A stretch of 64,000 bases of DNA from an uncultured Methanosarcinales archaeon (GCA_964544335.1 CAZJAJ010000001.1:29199-93198), one strand, 5' to 3'. Shown: positions 28,900 to 39,330, counted from the first letter of the stretch. The notes: a model not told the origin generated them from the sequence alone. Translations and numbers: made by a program.

Positions 28900-30159
28900 A
28901 TGGTAAAACCTGGAGATCTTGTTCGTGTAAAGACTGAAAATGATGTCTTTGAGGGGATATATATTGAAAAGCCAACTCTTCTTGGGAGCGACACCATTGT
29001 ACTTAAACTAGAACACGGATATAATATTGGGATTGATAAAAATAAGATCAAAGATATTAAGCTCCTTAAGGAAGGGACAAAGAAAAACGTAAAACACAGT
29101 CCACTTCCGGTTGATGAAAAACTTCCTACAGTACTTATTCTTTCTACGGGAGGGACTATTTCTTCTAAAGTAGATTATACTACGGGCGGTGTTCTTGCAG
29201 AGTATGATGCACGAGACTTTGTTGAGATGTGTCCTGAACTTACATCTATTGCAAACATTCAAGCAGAACGAGTCATGCAAATTATGTCAGAAGATATCAG
29301 CACTGCTGATTGGAGCGCAATTGCTGAGGTGATTGCTGATAAAATCCAGAAAGTGGATGGTATTGTGATGACTATGGGAACAGATACACTTGCATATACT
29401 GCAGCTGCCATGTCATTTGCACTTACACTTGGAAAACCTGTTGTGATTACTGGAGCTCAGCGAAGTATTGATCGTGGTTCTTCTGATGCGTTTTTCAATC
29501 TTATTTGTGCTGTAAAAGCTGCTGCAGAATGGGATGGTGCAGAAGTAGTTACGTGTATGCACGGGACATCTGCTGATGATCACTGTTTACTACTTAGAGG
29601 AACAAAGGTAAGGAAAATGCATGCTTCACGAAGAGATGCATTTAGACCTATTAATACACGACCTCTTGCCAAGGTAACACCTACAAGTATTACTCCTGGA
29701 AATATTCCATATCATAAACGAAGTAAACAAAAATGTAGTGCTTCAAGTGTATTTTCTGCAGATGTAGCACTGGTGTATGCACATCCGGGAATGAAACCAG
29801 ACGTACTTGATACCTACAGATCATACAAAGGGATTATTATTGCAGGTACAGGTTTTGGACATGTACCTATTCAATTATATGATAGAATTAAAGAGCTTGT
29901 TGATACGGGCGTGTTTGTTGGACTCACTACGCAGTGTTTGTATGGTGCAACCTCTGCAACAGTATACAGTCCACTACGACGACTTTCTCTTGAAATAGGT
30001 GTTACGTATCTTGGAGATATGCTTCCTGAAACAGCATTTGCTAAGCTCTCTTGGGCTGCAGGAAAATCAACTACAGACGAAGAAATTAAAAAGATCATGA
30101 CTGATACTATGAGACATGAGTCAAATGATCGCCAAGATTTCAATGACTTTTTGAACTAA
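28900..30159 (+). CDS. gatD: Glu-tRNA(Gln) amidotransferase subunit D
   Basis: N-terminal GDLVRV domain then asparaginase-like ILSTGGTISS and TMGTDTLAYTAAA. Confidence 0.85.
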   Translation: MVKPGDLVRVKTENDVFEGIYIEKPTLLGSDTIVLKLEHGYNIGIDKNKIKDIKLLKEGTKKNVKHSPLPVDEKLPTVLILSTGGTISSKVDYTTGGVLAEYDARDFVEMCPELTSIANIQAERVMQIMSEDISTADWSAIAEVIADKIQKVDGIVMTMGTDTLAYTAAAMSFALTLGKPVVITGAQRSIDRGSSDAFFNLICAVKAAAEWDGAEVVTCMHGTSADDHCLLLRGTKVRKMHASRRDAFRPINTRPLAKVTPTSITPGNIPYHKRSKQKCSASSVFSADVALVYAHPGMKPDVLDTYRSYKGIIIAGTGFGHVPIQLYDRIKELVDTGVFVGLTTQCLYGATSATVYSPLRRLSLEIGVTYLGDMLPETAFAKLSWAAGKSTTDEEIKKIMTDTMRHESNDRQDFNDFLN

Positions 30160-30160
30160 A

Positions 30161-31258
30161 ATGAAAGCTCAATGGTTTATTCGCGTATTTTTAGTAGGAT
30201 ATCATGTACTACTTTTTACATTACTACCTACCTACATCATTCTTTTTGGAGTACCCAGTATTAGTATTGTACTGTGGACCGTTTTCTTGTTTGCAGCATG
30301 TAATTTATCCATTACTACAGGATATCACAGGTTGTATGCACATAGAAGTTATAATGCATCAAAAATCGTTGAGGTTCCACTCTTATTTTTCTCCACATTA
30401 AGTCTGCAGGGAAGCGCTATTGCATGGAGTGCTGACCACAGAACGCACCACAGGCATGTTGATACAGATAAAGACCCATATAATATTGAGCGTGGGTTTT
30501 GGTATGCACACATGGGATGGTTATTTGAAGACCGTGTTGTTGATATTACCAATGTAAAGGATTTACAACAGCAAAAAATGCTCATGATACAGCACAAGTA
30601 CTACATTCTTCTTGCAACACTTGCAAATGTAGTAGTTACAGTTGGGCTTGGAATGATTTTAGGAGAAGTATTTGCCGCTATTGTCTTTATCTTCTTGCTG
30701 CGCCTATTTTTAACGCATCACACCACGTTTTTCATTAATTCACTTGCGCACACATGGGGCTCTAGGCCATATTCAAGAGAGCATAGTGCAGTCAATAACT
30801 TTGTTATTTCTTTGCTTACATTTGGAGAAGGGTATCATAACTATCATCACACCTTTGCAGGAGATTATAGAAATGGCGTTAGATGGTATCAATATGACCC
30901 TACTAAGCTGCTTATTTGGACCATGAGTAAATGTGGTCTTGCACAAGATCTTAAACGAAGCAATAGATATTCTGCAACACTACGATTAATCAACGAAGAC
31001 AGAAAAGAGATGCTCAATGAAATGAGGTTGAAAGGGATTGCTCGCTATAAGGCAATTGAGTCTGACATACAGCATAAATATAAGATGCTCATAGAAGATC
31101 TTCAGGGTTTGCATCGTCAAGTACAGGCGTATAAAGATGCTGCTCAACTAAAAAAGGATGAGAAACGATTGCTTAAAGCACAAATCAGAAGTCAACGTCT
31201 TCGTGTGAAAAAAAGTTTCAAAGCGTGGTCACTTTTGTGCAAACATGTGTTTGGATAA
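30161..31258 (+). CDS. acyl-CoA (stearoyl-CoA type, delta-9) fatty acid desaturase, membrane
   Basis: Three His boxes HRLYAHR, HRTHHRH and HNYHHTF with TM helices; coiled-coil C-terminal extension. Confidence 0.8.
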   Translation: MKAQWFIRVFLVGYHVLLFTLLPTYIILFGVPSISIVLWTVFLFAACNLSITTGYHRLYAHRSYNASKIVEVPLLFFSTLSLQGSAIAWSADHRTHHRHVDTDKDPYNIERGFWYAHMGWLFEDRVVDITNVKDLQQQKMLMIQHKYYILLATLANVVVTVGLGMILGEVFAAIVFIFLLRLFLTHHTTFFINSLAHTWGSRPYSREHSAVNNFVISLLTFGEGYHNYHHTFAGDYRNGVRWYQYDPTKLLIWTMSKCGLAQDLKRSNRYSATLRLINEDRKEMLNEMRLKGIARYKAIESDIQHKYKMLIEDLQGLHRQVQAYKDAAQLKKDEKRLLKAQIRSQRLRVKKSFKAWSLLCKHVFG

Positions 31259-31960
31259 TTAGAACGTAATTTCTCCAAAGTCAAAGAGTTCTTTGTTTTG
31301 TGTAATAGTAATGTGTGCTTTTTTGATGTCTTGTAAAAATGGACTTAGAAATGTATGTTCCTGTATGTCAGTTCCAATGGTGAGTTGCGAGAATGATGGA
31401 AGGACATAGAGTATTTTCTTTTGATAAGTAGTTTTCATAAAGCATTTGTAGAGTTCTCGTTTGTTATCTTCTTCTAATGCAAATGCAGGGTGTTCATGAC
31501 CTATGATTATAGTGGTTGCTTTGGTGAAGTCTTCGTTTTCTTGTAGTGTGTCACCATGACAAATGTAGATGTCATTGAGTAGGAAGTGATCTGTAACTTG
31601 GGTGTGTGTTTTTTCTGCGATGATTTCTGTGACTTTGTCATGATTACCTTTGATCAGTGTGAGTTGTGCATGTTCTTGAATGAGCCTGATGACTTTTTTT
31701 ACTTCTCGCCATTCTTGATCGGAGATGGTTCCAAAGTCATGTTTGAGATCACCATTAATGATGACGTGCTTTGGTTTATGTGTAGTGAGAAGTGATTTGA
31801 TGTCTTTGAGGAGTTGATCTATTTGATGATTGGGAACAAGCGTTCCTTTTTTCCGCATAGATGCTTCCATACCCAGATGAAGATCTGATATGATGAGTGT
31901 GTTATGTACTAAAATTCCTCTATCTACATATTGCAGTTTCATGTGAGTTAGAGTATTCAT
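31259..31960 (-). CDS. calcineurin-like metallophosphoesterase
   Basis: SDLHLG, INGDLKHDF, GNHD and GHEHP motifs. Confidence 0.7.
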   Translation of the reverse strand: MNTLTHMKLQYVDRGILVHNTLIISDLHLGMEASMRKKGTLVPNHQIDQLLKDIKSLLTTHKPKHVIINGDLKHDFGTISDQEWREVKKVIRLIQEHAQLTLIKGNHDKVTEIIAEKTHTQVTDHFLLNDIYICHGDTLQENEDFTKATTIIIGHEHPAFALEEDNKRELYKCFMKTTYQKKILYVLPSFSQLTIGTDIQEHTFLSPFLQDIKKAHITITQNKELFDFGEITF

Positions 31961-31982
31961 GTGTATAAAAAAGTACCTGGAA

Positions 31983-33785
31983 TTATAAGATTTTTTTACG
32001 TTGCGCCCAATCTAATTTTTTCCTTTTTGTTGACCACTCACTCAAAAGAATTGCAGTATTGATGATTGCAATGTGTGTGTATGCTTGTGGAAAATTACCA
32101 AGAAGATGTTTTCCTTTCATGGTGAGATCTTCTGAAAATAATCCTGAATTATTGGCATAGGTTAACATTTGTTCAAAGTATTTTTTTGCTTCCTTGTGTT
32201 TGCCTATATAATGCAATGCATCAATAAGCCAAAATGAACAGATGGTAAATGCACTCGTTGATTTCCCAAAGTCATCTTTGGCATTGTAACGGTGTACCAA
32301 TGGTCCGTTTGCAAGTGTTTTTTTAATTTGCTTAACGGTGCTGATGAGACGTGGATCATCTGGCGGTAAGAATTCATGATAACACATCAAAAGTACTGCT
32401 GCGTCAAGTTCTTCTCCACCGTAATACATCGTGAATGCCTTTGCTTCATCTGACCAGGCGTTGGTGAGAATATCATGGCGAATCTCATCTCGAAGTTTAC
32501 ACCACGCATGTGATTTTGATGTGAGATTACAATAGTCTGCAATTCTAATTGCACGATCGATGCCCACATAACACATGAGTTTTGAGTAGGTAAAGTGTTC
32601 TTTACTTCCACGAAATTCCCAGATGCCGTTGTCTTTTGTTTTCCAGTGTTTTTTTATTTCTCTAACTAATTTTGATAAGTAATTGATGTATCGTTTACTG
32701 AGTTTTTTTTCTACTTGTTGAAATACAAAGTAGATATACATAATATCAATGATATTTCCATAAATGTCATGCTGTTGTTGATCATATGCTGCATTCCCAA
32801 TACGAACGGGAGCAGAGTTTTTGTATCCAGAAAGATGAGGTAAAATTTCTTCGGTAAGCTCAGTTTCACCATGAAGACCATACATGATTTGAAGGTGTAA
32901 TTTTTTCTCGATGCTATGTTCAAAGATAAATTCCATGAGTCGTTTTGCTTCAAAAGAACGCCCTATTTTATTGAGTGCGTCTACAGTGTATGCAGCATCA
33001 CGTACCCAGCAAAATCGATAGTCCCAATTTCTTTCATGCCCTATTTGTTCAGGAAGTGATGTGGTTGCTGCTGCCATGATTGCTCCTGTTTCTGACATGG
33101 TCAAGAGTTTTAGTGTGATTGCAGACCTGATTATTTCTTTTTTGTATCTTTCTGGTGTGTCTAGTGATGCAACCCACTTCTTCCAATAGCGTTTTGTTGC
33201 GGTGAGTAAGTTGAGTGCTCTACGTACTGTGTAATCGCCATCACCATCACCAAAGACAAAATAGGATCGATGTGTTATTTCGATGCATTGTTTTTTGAGT
33301 ATTTGTTTTGGATCAATGTTTGTTTTACAATAGAGTTCTTGTGATGCTTCTTTTGCAAAAAGTCCATCTTCTACTGCAGTGGAAATGGTAATGTTTTTTG
33401 CATAGTTAAGTTTGGGATCAAAGTGAATTTTTACTTTTGGTATTCCTCTGATGGGTTCAAGGATTCGAATCAGTTTATTGATACGATAGACTTTTTGCTT
33501 TTTTTTTGGAAGGATTTTATTGTAGCGTCGAAAAAAATCTAGTACACGAAAAGCATATGCCTTGCAAGTGTACGTTGTTTCTACAATTGCGGTGTCTTCA
33601 ATATACTGTTGCGTTACTGTGCATGCTTGATCTGGTTGTATATGAAATGATCCACCATTCTTTTTATCGAGCAAACGTGCAAAGACACTAGGAGAATCAC
33701 TTTCTGGGTAACAAAACCAATCGATGCTACCCGATGAGTGAACAAGCGCACAGGATTTACAATTTCCTATGATGCCATAATCCAT
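31983..33785 (-). CDS. glycoside hydrolase family 15 (glucoamylase/trehalase-like)
   Basis: N-terminal GIIGNCKSCALV..SIDWFCYPESDSPSVFARLLD is typical of archaeal GH15. Confidence 0.8.
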   Translation of the reverse strand: MDYGIIGNCKSCALVHSSGSIDWFCYPESDSPSVFARLLDKKNGGSFHIQPDQACTVTQQYIEDTAIVETTYTCKAYAFRVLDFFRRYNKILPKKKQKVYRINKLIRILEPIRGIPKVKIHFDPKLNYAKNITISTAVEDGLFAKEASQELYCKTNIDPKQILKKQCIEITHRSYFVFGDGDGDYTVRRALNLLTATKRYWKKWVASLDTPERYKKEIIRSAITLKLLTMSETGAIMAAATTSLPEQIGHERNWDYRFCWVRDAAYTVDALNKIGRSFEAKRLMEFIFEHSIEKKLHLQIMYGLHGETELTEEILPHLSGYKNSAPVRIGNAAYDQQQHDIYGNIIDIMYIYFVFQQVEKKLSKRYINYLSKLVREIKKHWKTKDNGIWEFRGSKEHFTYSKLMCYVGIDRAIRIADYCNLTSKSHAWCKLRDEIRHDILTNAWSDEAKAFTMYYGGEELDAAVLLMCYHEFLPPDDPRLISTVKQIKKTLANGPLVHRYNAKDDFGKSTSAFTICSFWLIDALHYIGKHKEAKKYFEQMLTYANNSGLFSEDLTMKGKHLLGNFPQAYTHIAIINTAILLSEWSTKRKKLDWAQRKKIL

Positions 33786-33828
33786 GTATTTTTTGTAAAA
33801 AAGTAATGATATAAAAAAATTACGATTA

Positions 33829-34341
33829 TTAGAGAATAAATTCTGATTTAAGTTGCTTAAAACTAACTAGTGATTTTGTTTTTCCAATGCCTGGTTTGCT
33901 CAGCACTCGTTTGACAAAATCATAGTAGGTGTGCTGATCTTTTGTTCGAATTTTCATGATGATTTCCCAATCACCGGTGCAAATGTCAACACTTTCTACT
34001 TCTGGTTGTTTTGCAAGCATGGTTGCTATTTTTTCAGGAACACCATATTGATCGGGCGATAGACTAAGAAGTACATACGTACAAAATCCCATGTCAATTT
34101 TACTATAATCAAAGACTGCTTTGTAGGTTTTGATGACCTTTTCAGATTCTAATTTTTTGATATTATAGTGCAGTGTTGCAGAGGGTGCTTTTGTTGCTTT
34201 TGCAAGTTTACTTATCTGCGGCGTGCAGTACCCCTGCATGAATAATTGAATGAGTTTGTTTTTAATGTCTCTCATAATTTGAATAATATTCAATAATTTA
34301 AATATTTTTTGATAAAAAATTGAATAATCTTCAGTCATCAA
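33829..34341 (-). CDS. Lrp/AsnC family transcriptional regulator
   Basis: HTH (CTPQISKLAKATKAPSATLHYNIKKLE) plus RAM domain; the likely start is the internal MRDIK. Confidence 0.75.
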   Translation of the reverse strand: MMTEDYSIFYQKIFKLLNIIQIMRDIKNKLIQLFMQGYCTPQISKLAKATKAPSATLHYNIKKLESEKVIKTYKAVFDYSKIDMGFCTYVLLSLSPDQYGVPEKIATMLAKQPEVESVDICTGDWEIIMKIRTKDQHTYYDFVKRVLSKPGIGKTKSLVSFKQLKSEFIL

Positions 34342-34368
34342 TTAATACATCATTCACCATGTGTACGT

Positions 34369-34776
34369 ATGAAACAAATCAAACCACTGACATTGCTTTT
34401 GAGCAGTAGTGCGTGGGACGGGAGTATTGCAATTATGGCATCACAACACATTATCCAGAAAGAATTGATTTTGACCATTGCGCTGATCTTTATGGCAGGG
34501 CCTGTTGTGCTCATTAGTGCAAGCATGGTTGAAGGGAGCTTGGGCGAGAGGTTGTTTATTGCAGCAGTTGCTGGATGCATTGCAACCTTTGCTGTGATGA
34601 TGGCTGCAGGTTTTGGTCCTGTGTTTTTAGAGTGGTTTCATGCAGGCGTGTTGAAATGGACTGCAGCATTTGCTGTTGTTGCTATTGCATGTATAATCAT
34701 AGAACTACCTATCCCCAGTAGCATGCCAGTGTGGATCATGATTGTTGGTATTGTCATAGGAGGACTCATGAGATGA
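34369..34776 (+). CDS. membrane protein, hypothetical
   Basis: Four TM helices. Confidence 0.35.
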   Translation: MKQIKPLTLLLSSSAWDGSIAIMASQHIIQKELILTIALIFMAGPVVLISASMVEGSLGERLFIAAVAGCIATFAVMMAAGFGPVFLEWFHAGVLKWTAAFAVVAIACIIIELPIPSSMPVWIMIVGIVIGGLMR

Positions 34777-35057
34777 ACCACAGAAATTTAACAGAAGAAC
34801 AAAAATATTGGATTGGTGAAATACAACGAGGTGTACAAGGAAATAATGATGTTGCATACACAGTAGACCCAGAAGGGAATGTGTATGAGCTATTATTTAG
34901 AGGAGGAGATATTCAGGACGAGTTTTTCAAAGTGGGTTCGATTCCAAGAAAAGCAATCCCCTATAAAGAATCACTTGAACAATTGGTAGAAAATAAGGTG
35001 CTTGAAGCATTCCCACTTATTTTACCACAGCACTGGAAATATTTTACCATACTCTAA
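34731..35057 (+). CDS. hypothetical protein
   Basis: ORF. Confidence 0.3.
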   Translation: MDHDCWYCHRRTHEMNHRNLTEEQKYWIGEIQRGVQGNNDVAYTVDPEGNVYELLFRGGDIQDEFFKVGSIPRKAIPYKESLEQLVENKVLEAFPLILPQHWKYFTIL

Positions 35058-35068
35058 TTTTTTTATTA

Positions 35069-35539
35069 TTATATTCCCATCCAATCATCAATCTCTTTTG
35101 CCATATGCATGAGATTTTTCATATTGTCTTCAAGGTCTTTTTTGAGTTCTTCAACAACAGCAGAAAGGTTGTCCTCACGAAGATAATATCTGCCCCGTGA
35201 TCGCACAGCAATTCCTGCATCCATGAGCTTATTTAGATGGTGCACCACAGTTCCTCTGGTGAGGTCAAGTCTAAATGCAAGTTCATCCGAGGTCAGGCCT
35301 GCTTTCATTTTTGCTGCCTTAAGCAATTCCACAAATACCCGATAACAACTTCGATCTTTATCTCGTAGACCAAAGAGTCCAAGAGAGGTACCAAAGTACT
35401 GTAGGTCGTGGTTAACGTCATCCACTTTTGGCGGAGTGATGTTAATGATGGTTATTTTACGGCTGTAGCGCATGGTTGATGTAACGTCAACACCTATATA
35501 TAGCTTTTGGAGAGAAAACTTATATATTCGTTTTTTCAC
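35069..35539 (-). CDS. winged-helix transcriptional regulator, hypothetical
   Basis: LTSDELAFRLDLTRGTVVHHLNKLMDAGIAVRSRGRYY looks like a wHTH. Confidence 0.4.
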   Translation of the reverse strand: MKKRIYKFSLQKLYIGVDVTSTMRYSRKITIINITPPKVDDVNHDLQYFGTSLGLFGLRDKDRSCYRVFVELLKAAKMKAGLTSDELAFRLDLTRGTVVHHLNKLMDAGIAVRSRGRYYLREDNLSAVVEELKKDLEDNMKNLMHMAKEIDDWMGI

Positions 35540-35550
35540 ATGTACTGTTT

Positions 35551-36021
35551 ATGGGTCGCAAGTTAAGAGGAAAAGCAAAGAAACTTGCACGAACACTTGA
35601 TCACATGAATGATTTAGTTACTGCACTCTACGGATGGGTACTTTTCCTTGTCTACGAAGTGGTGGTGAGAACATATGATTTGTATGCACCCATTCCGACA
35701 GTAGATATAGGCGGGCATTTTCTTGCAGGTGTTGCGCTTGGTGCAACATTCTTTTGGATTGGAAAAAAGAAGAAAGTGTACTGGCGTAACTGGTTTGTAA
35801 TTCTTGGTTCTTTTGTAATGAGCATGCTCTGGGAAGGAGTTGAAATTGTGCAAGAGTGGTTTATTCCAAACCCACCACACCTTGTTGATGTGTTCTTTTG
35901 GGACGGCGTAGTAGATGTTATTGTTGCGCTTCTTGGTACGACATTGTATTTACTCATCAAGCACTTTAATAAAGAAGACAAGGTTGAAGAGTTTAATGAA
36001 ACTCCTAAAAACAGCAGATAA
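35551..36021 (+). CDS. membrane protein, hypothetical
   Basis: Three to four TM helices. Confidence 0.35.
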   Translation: MGRKLRGKAKKLARTLDHMNDLVTALYGWVLFLVYEVVVRTYDLYAPIPTVDIGGHFLAGVALGATFFWIGKKKKVYWRNWFVILGSFVMSMLWEGVEIVQEWFIPNPPHLVDVFFWDGVVDVIVALLGTTLYLLIKHFNKEDKVEEFNETPKNSR

Positions 36022-36625
36022 TTCTTATACCTGCCACAATGCTGATTTTGATGAACACTACCATACCAAATCAGGCGCTATTGAAGAGGCATTTGAAAAG
36101 CATGTGCGTCCTCTTGGTGTTCGTGATGGCATGAAAATACTTGATTTTTGTTTTGGCCTTGGATACAATGGAATTGCTGCGTGTCATAGGCATAAGAATA
36201 TGCATGTGATTGCACTTGAGATTGATCCTAAAATTATTACGATGATGAAAGAGATTGAGCCACCAAAAGAAATAGAAAAAGAGTTTATGTTCTTTAGAAA
36301 CATTGGTGATGAGAAAAAAATGTGTGATGAGAACGGCAATTGTATTGAGCTCATCATGGGTGATGCGATGCAAACCATCAAGGAGTTACCCGCAGAGATA
36401 TTTGATGTGTGTTTCTTTGATCCCTTTTCTCCCCAAAAGCATCCTGAAATGTGGGAAGTAAATGTGTTAGCTCAAGTGTTTCGCGTATTAAAGAAAGGTG
36501 GGAAGCTGAGCACATATTCTTGTGCGCGCCGTGTTCGAGATAATTTACGTGAAGCAGGGTTTGTAGTAACTGATGGTCCTGTTGTGGGTAGACGATCCCC
36601 GAGCACTATTGCTGTGAAAGAATAA
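35915..36625 (+). CDS. SAM-dependent methyltransferase, MnmC-like (DUF752) family
   Basis: ILDFCFGLGYNG SAM-binding motif; FDPFSPQKHPEMWEVNV...GGKLSTYSCARRVRDNLREAGFVV resembles the MnmC methyltransferase domain. The likely start is the internal MKLLK at about 35996. Confidence 0.55.
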   Translation: MLLLRFLVRHCIYSSSTLIKKTRLKSLMKLLKTADNSYTCHNADFDEHYHTKSGAIEEAFEKHVRPLGVRDGMKILDFCFGLGYNGIAACHRHKNMHVIALEIDPKIITMMKEIEPPKEIEKEFMFFRNIGDEKKMCDENGNCIELIMGDAMQTIKELPAEIFDVCFFDPFSPQKHPEMWEVNVLAQVFRVLKKGGKLSTYSCARRVRDNLREAGFVVTDGPVVGRRSPSTIAVKE

Positions 36626-37034
36626 TTGTTCTCATGTGCTCTAGAATGTGAGCAATGGTATTTTGCCGTGATGGAACAACGCTTTGGGTAAGGCCGGTTT
36701 CTTGTGCAAAATGAGAAATATGTGCGAGTCCTTTTTCTACGTCTTCTACAGGAAGGTCATTCATGGCGTTGAGGACAATGGCAACATACCCTTTGATGAT
36801 AACTGACGTTGAGGTTCCTTCAAAGTGCATACGGTTGTTGATTATTTTTCCTGTGATGTATACACCAGAGATGCACCCTTGGACTTTATGTTCTTCTTTG
36901 ATAATGGATTGATCTACTTTGAGATGTTTTCCGTAGTCCACAAGCCACTCAAGTTGCTTTCTTTTGTCCGTAAAGGACGCAAGTGCTTGCTGCATCTTAT
37001 GTAGATAGATTTCTAATTCTTCTATAGATTGCAT
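36606..37034 (-). CDS. sufE: SufE-like sulfur acceptor protein
   Basis: EHKVQGCISGVY...IIKGYVAIVLNAMNDLPVEDV...LTQSVVPSRQNTIAHIL matches SufE. Confidence 0.8.
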   Translation of the reverse strand: MQSIEELEIYLHKMQQALASFTDKRKQLEWLVDYGKHLKVDQSIIKEEHKVQGCISGVYITGKIINNRMHFEGTSTSVIIKGYVAIVLNAMNDLPVEDVEKGLAHISHFAQETGLTQSVVPSRQNTIAHILEHMRTIILSQQ

Positions 37035-37105
37035 GTATTTGTGTATGTGAAGGAGTTTAAGAATGTTTAGTGGTTTTTGTTGTTACTTAATAGTGGTTAA
37101 ATATG

Positions 37106-37324
37106 GAAAGATTTATAATGGCTAATTATAGCTACCACTACGTTAAAACGGATAATTTCACCTTTTTAACCAAAAAGCGATTTGGCGTCGTAATGACGCT
37201 TTCCTCGAATCCGTCATAAGCAGATGAATTTTCTGAAAAAAACAGAAAAAAGCGAGCGGAAACTTCAGATGACAGCGGAAAAGTCATTCTCAGGTTATGC
37301 TGTCAAAAGAAAGTGAATTAAGAA
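37106..37324. repeat. R1 copy a, 219-bp non-coding repeat module
   Basis: 100% identical to 39747-39965; begins with the GAAAGATTTATA core (TATA-like); contains hairpins gcgtc-gtaat-gacgc and gacagc...gctgtc with T-runs on the minus strand. Confidence 0.9.
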
Positions 37325-37689
37325 TTTGATGTGAAAGGGGCAATAAATCCTACTAAAATTCCGATAATGAGCATAAAAACTCCAAACCCTGAACTGATAA
37401 ATATGCCTCCGATAAACGCCAGACCTACAGCAATTAATCCAAGCCAACCTCCTAAAAAATAAGAACCAGCAAGAGATCCTAGAGTTGCAATAATTGGAAT
37501 GAGCCAAAAAGCAAAAGAGTAGATTGGGTCTGGAGATAATTCTTGAATTATAGATGCAAATGCTTTGATAATTTCTGATTCTGGATTAACTCCAACATGA
37601 ATCCATAAACCGCTTAGAAAACCAAATCCTAAAACGAATTCTTGAACAAATGATTTTCCTATATCTTCAGCACCCATTTTATACTCCAA
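37318..37689 (-). CDS. membrane protein, hypothetical (cassette 1)
   Basis: Four TM helices; its 3' end runs 7 bp into R1. Confidence 0.35.
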   Translation of the reverse strand: MEYKMGAEDIGKSFVQEFVLGFGFLSGLWIHVGVNPESEIIKAFASIIQELSPDPIYSFAFWLIPIIATLGSLAGSYFLGGWLGLIAVGLAFIGGIFISSGFGVFMLIIGILVGFIAPFTSNS

Positions 37690-38371
37690 AAAATGATTTA
37701 ATTTTATCCCAAATTGAAGATTTCATCTTTTCGTCTGGATTATAAGAACCATCAAAATATCTTTTCAACAAACCAATTGTTCTATTGTATGCTTTTCTAT
37801 TTTTTGCTAATCTCCTATCAAACATTTTTCTCTGTAAGAAATCATATTCTCTTAGAATTTTACCGCCTTTTAGAAGTGTTGCTCTTACAACAATATGTTT
37901 AAAGTTAGGGTGTGGTTTATTTTTAATGTAGTTTTTAACATGACGAAACTTATCTGGGCTTAATTTCATAGCTACAGTGGAATGAAAGTAATATTTTCTT
38001 TCATAGTCAATTGGTTGAAGTGTACAATAAGGTTGTAGTTTTTTTGACAGGTGCCATCTGAATTCATCTAAATTAGAACTTGGATGTATATCAACATATA
38101 CAACTCTATTTTTCTCAAAAGTGTCGAATCCTTTGACGGTGAATTTCATTAAAGATTGCTTTGAACATATAGAATAAAAATCACTGATTAATTTTCTCTC
38201 ATTATTTGTTTGAAACGGTGCAACCAGAGTAATATGTGGGACTGGTCTTTTCTTCTTAGCATTACCTATTCTGCATCTTTTATCAACTTCCCATATCAGC
38301 TTTTTTAATTCAGATTTTGCTTTTCCTTGAAATCTGAATTCAATTAGATAATGAACCATTTTTCCACGCAT
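37679..38371 (-). CDS. 2H phosphoesterase superfamily protein (LigT/2'-5' RNA ligase-like cyclic phosphodiesterase)
   Basis: Two H-x-T/S-x motifs (PHITLVAPF and YFHSTVAMK) with appropriate spacing. Confidence 0.7.
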   Translation of the reverse strand: MRGKMVHYLIEFRFQGKAKSELKKLIWEVDKRCRIGNAKKKRPVPHITLVAPFQTNNERKLISDFYSICSKQSLMKFTVKGFDTFEKNRVVYVDIHPSSNLDEFRWHLSKKLQPYCTLQPIDYERKYYFHSTVAMKLSPDKFRHVKNYIKNKPHPNFKHIVVRATLLKGGKILREYDFLQRKMFDRRLAKNRKAYNRTIGLLKRYFDGSYNPDEKMKSSIWDKIKSFFGV

Positions 38372-38711
38372 AATATTTTTTTATTATATCTTTAGTGCCT
38401 GTTGAAAGCTTAATTGATTTTTCAGGTAAGTAATAATCTATTCGTTTAACTTCGTGTTTTGGTTTTGGAGTGCCTTTAGCTTTTATCAAAACAACTGTGT
38501 GTTCATGGCTGTGACTTTCATGTCTAAATATTATTTTAGCTTCATTTGCCATTAATCCAGTTTCTTCTTCAAGTTCACGAATTGCTGCTCTAAATCTACT
38601 TTCTCCTTTATCTGCTCCACCACCTGGCAAAAGATAAGTTCCACCCATTGAAGTTAAGAGAATGCCTTTGGATGTTTCAACAATAGCAGTTCCTCTTCTT
38701 CTTTTTGACAT
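38340..38711 (-). CDS. NUDIX hydrolase
   Basis: Nudix box GGGADKGESRFRAAIRELEEETGL. Confidence 0.8.
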   Translation of the reverse strand: MSKRRRGTAIVETSKGILLTSMGGTYLLPGGGADKGESRFRAAIRELEEETGLMANEAKIIFRHESHSHEHTVVLIKAKGTPKPKHEVKRIDYYLPEKSIKLSTGTKDIIKKYYAWKNGSLSN

Positions 38712-38713
38712 TT

Positions 38714-39319
38714 CTAATCCTCAAATAATTTTTTTGAGTCGTATTTTTCTTGGTCTCCTTGATTTATCTGATTTCCAAGACTAAGATATTCTAACTCTTT
38801 GAATCTATGAACCCATGCGACAATATTTCTTGGAAAGATATTTACTCTTTCATTGTATTTTTGAACAACTCTGTTGTATGCTAATCTAAAGTTTCTTAAT
38901 TTTGATTCCATTCTTGAGATGCTTCCACGTCCCATAATACTTTTATGCAACGCATCTGCTTTTAATTTGGGATATCTCTCAAAAACTGCTTGGATTTTAA
39001 GGAATGCATTATCTACTTCTTTGAATGTTTGAGCTTTTTCATTTAATGAAGCGTCTTTTGTCCATCGGCTTCTCGCCTCAATAACATCTTTCAATGCTTT
39101 GTATTCATGAATGTCATATTTTTTGATAACTTGTGCAAGTGCAGGCAACATATCTATTCTTTGTTGCATTAAAACATCAATATCTGCAAATTTCCTCTTC
39201 GCTCTATTTATCCAATATTGAAATTTGTTATAAATTACTATCCATCCTTTTATTAGCCAAATACTTGCTAATATCGCAATGATTCCAATTGCCCATTTGA
39301 TTATTGTTGTTTGATCCAT
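38714..39319 (-). CDS. lemA: LemA family protein
   Basis: N-terminal TM then ...RYPKLKADALHKSIMG...AYNRVVQKYNERVNIFPRNIVA matches LemA. Confidence 0.75.
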   Translation of the reverse strand: MDQTTIIKWAIGIIAILASIWLIKGWIVIYNKFQYWINRAKRKFADIDVLMQQRIDMLPALAQVIKKYDIHEYKALKDVIEARSRWTKDASLNEKAQTFKEVDNAFLKIQAVFERYPKLKADALHKSIMGRGSISRMESKLRNFRLAYNRVVQKYNERVNIFPRNIVAWVHRFKELEYLSLGNQINQGDQEKYDSKKLFED

Positions 39320-39330
39320 GTTAAGTCCTC

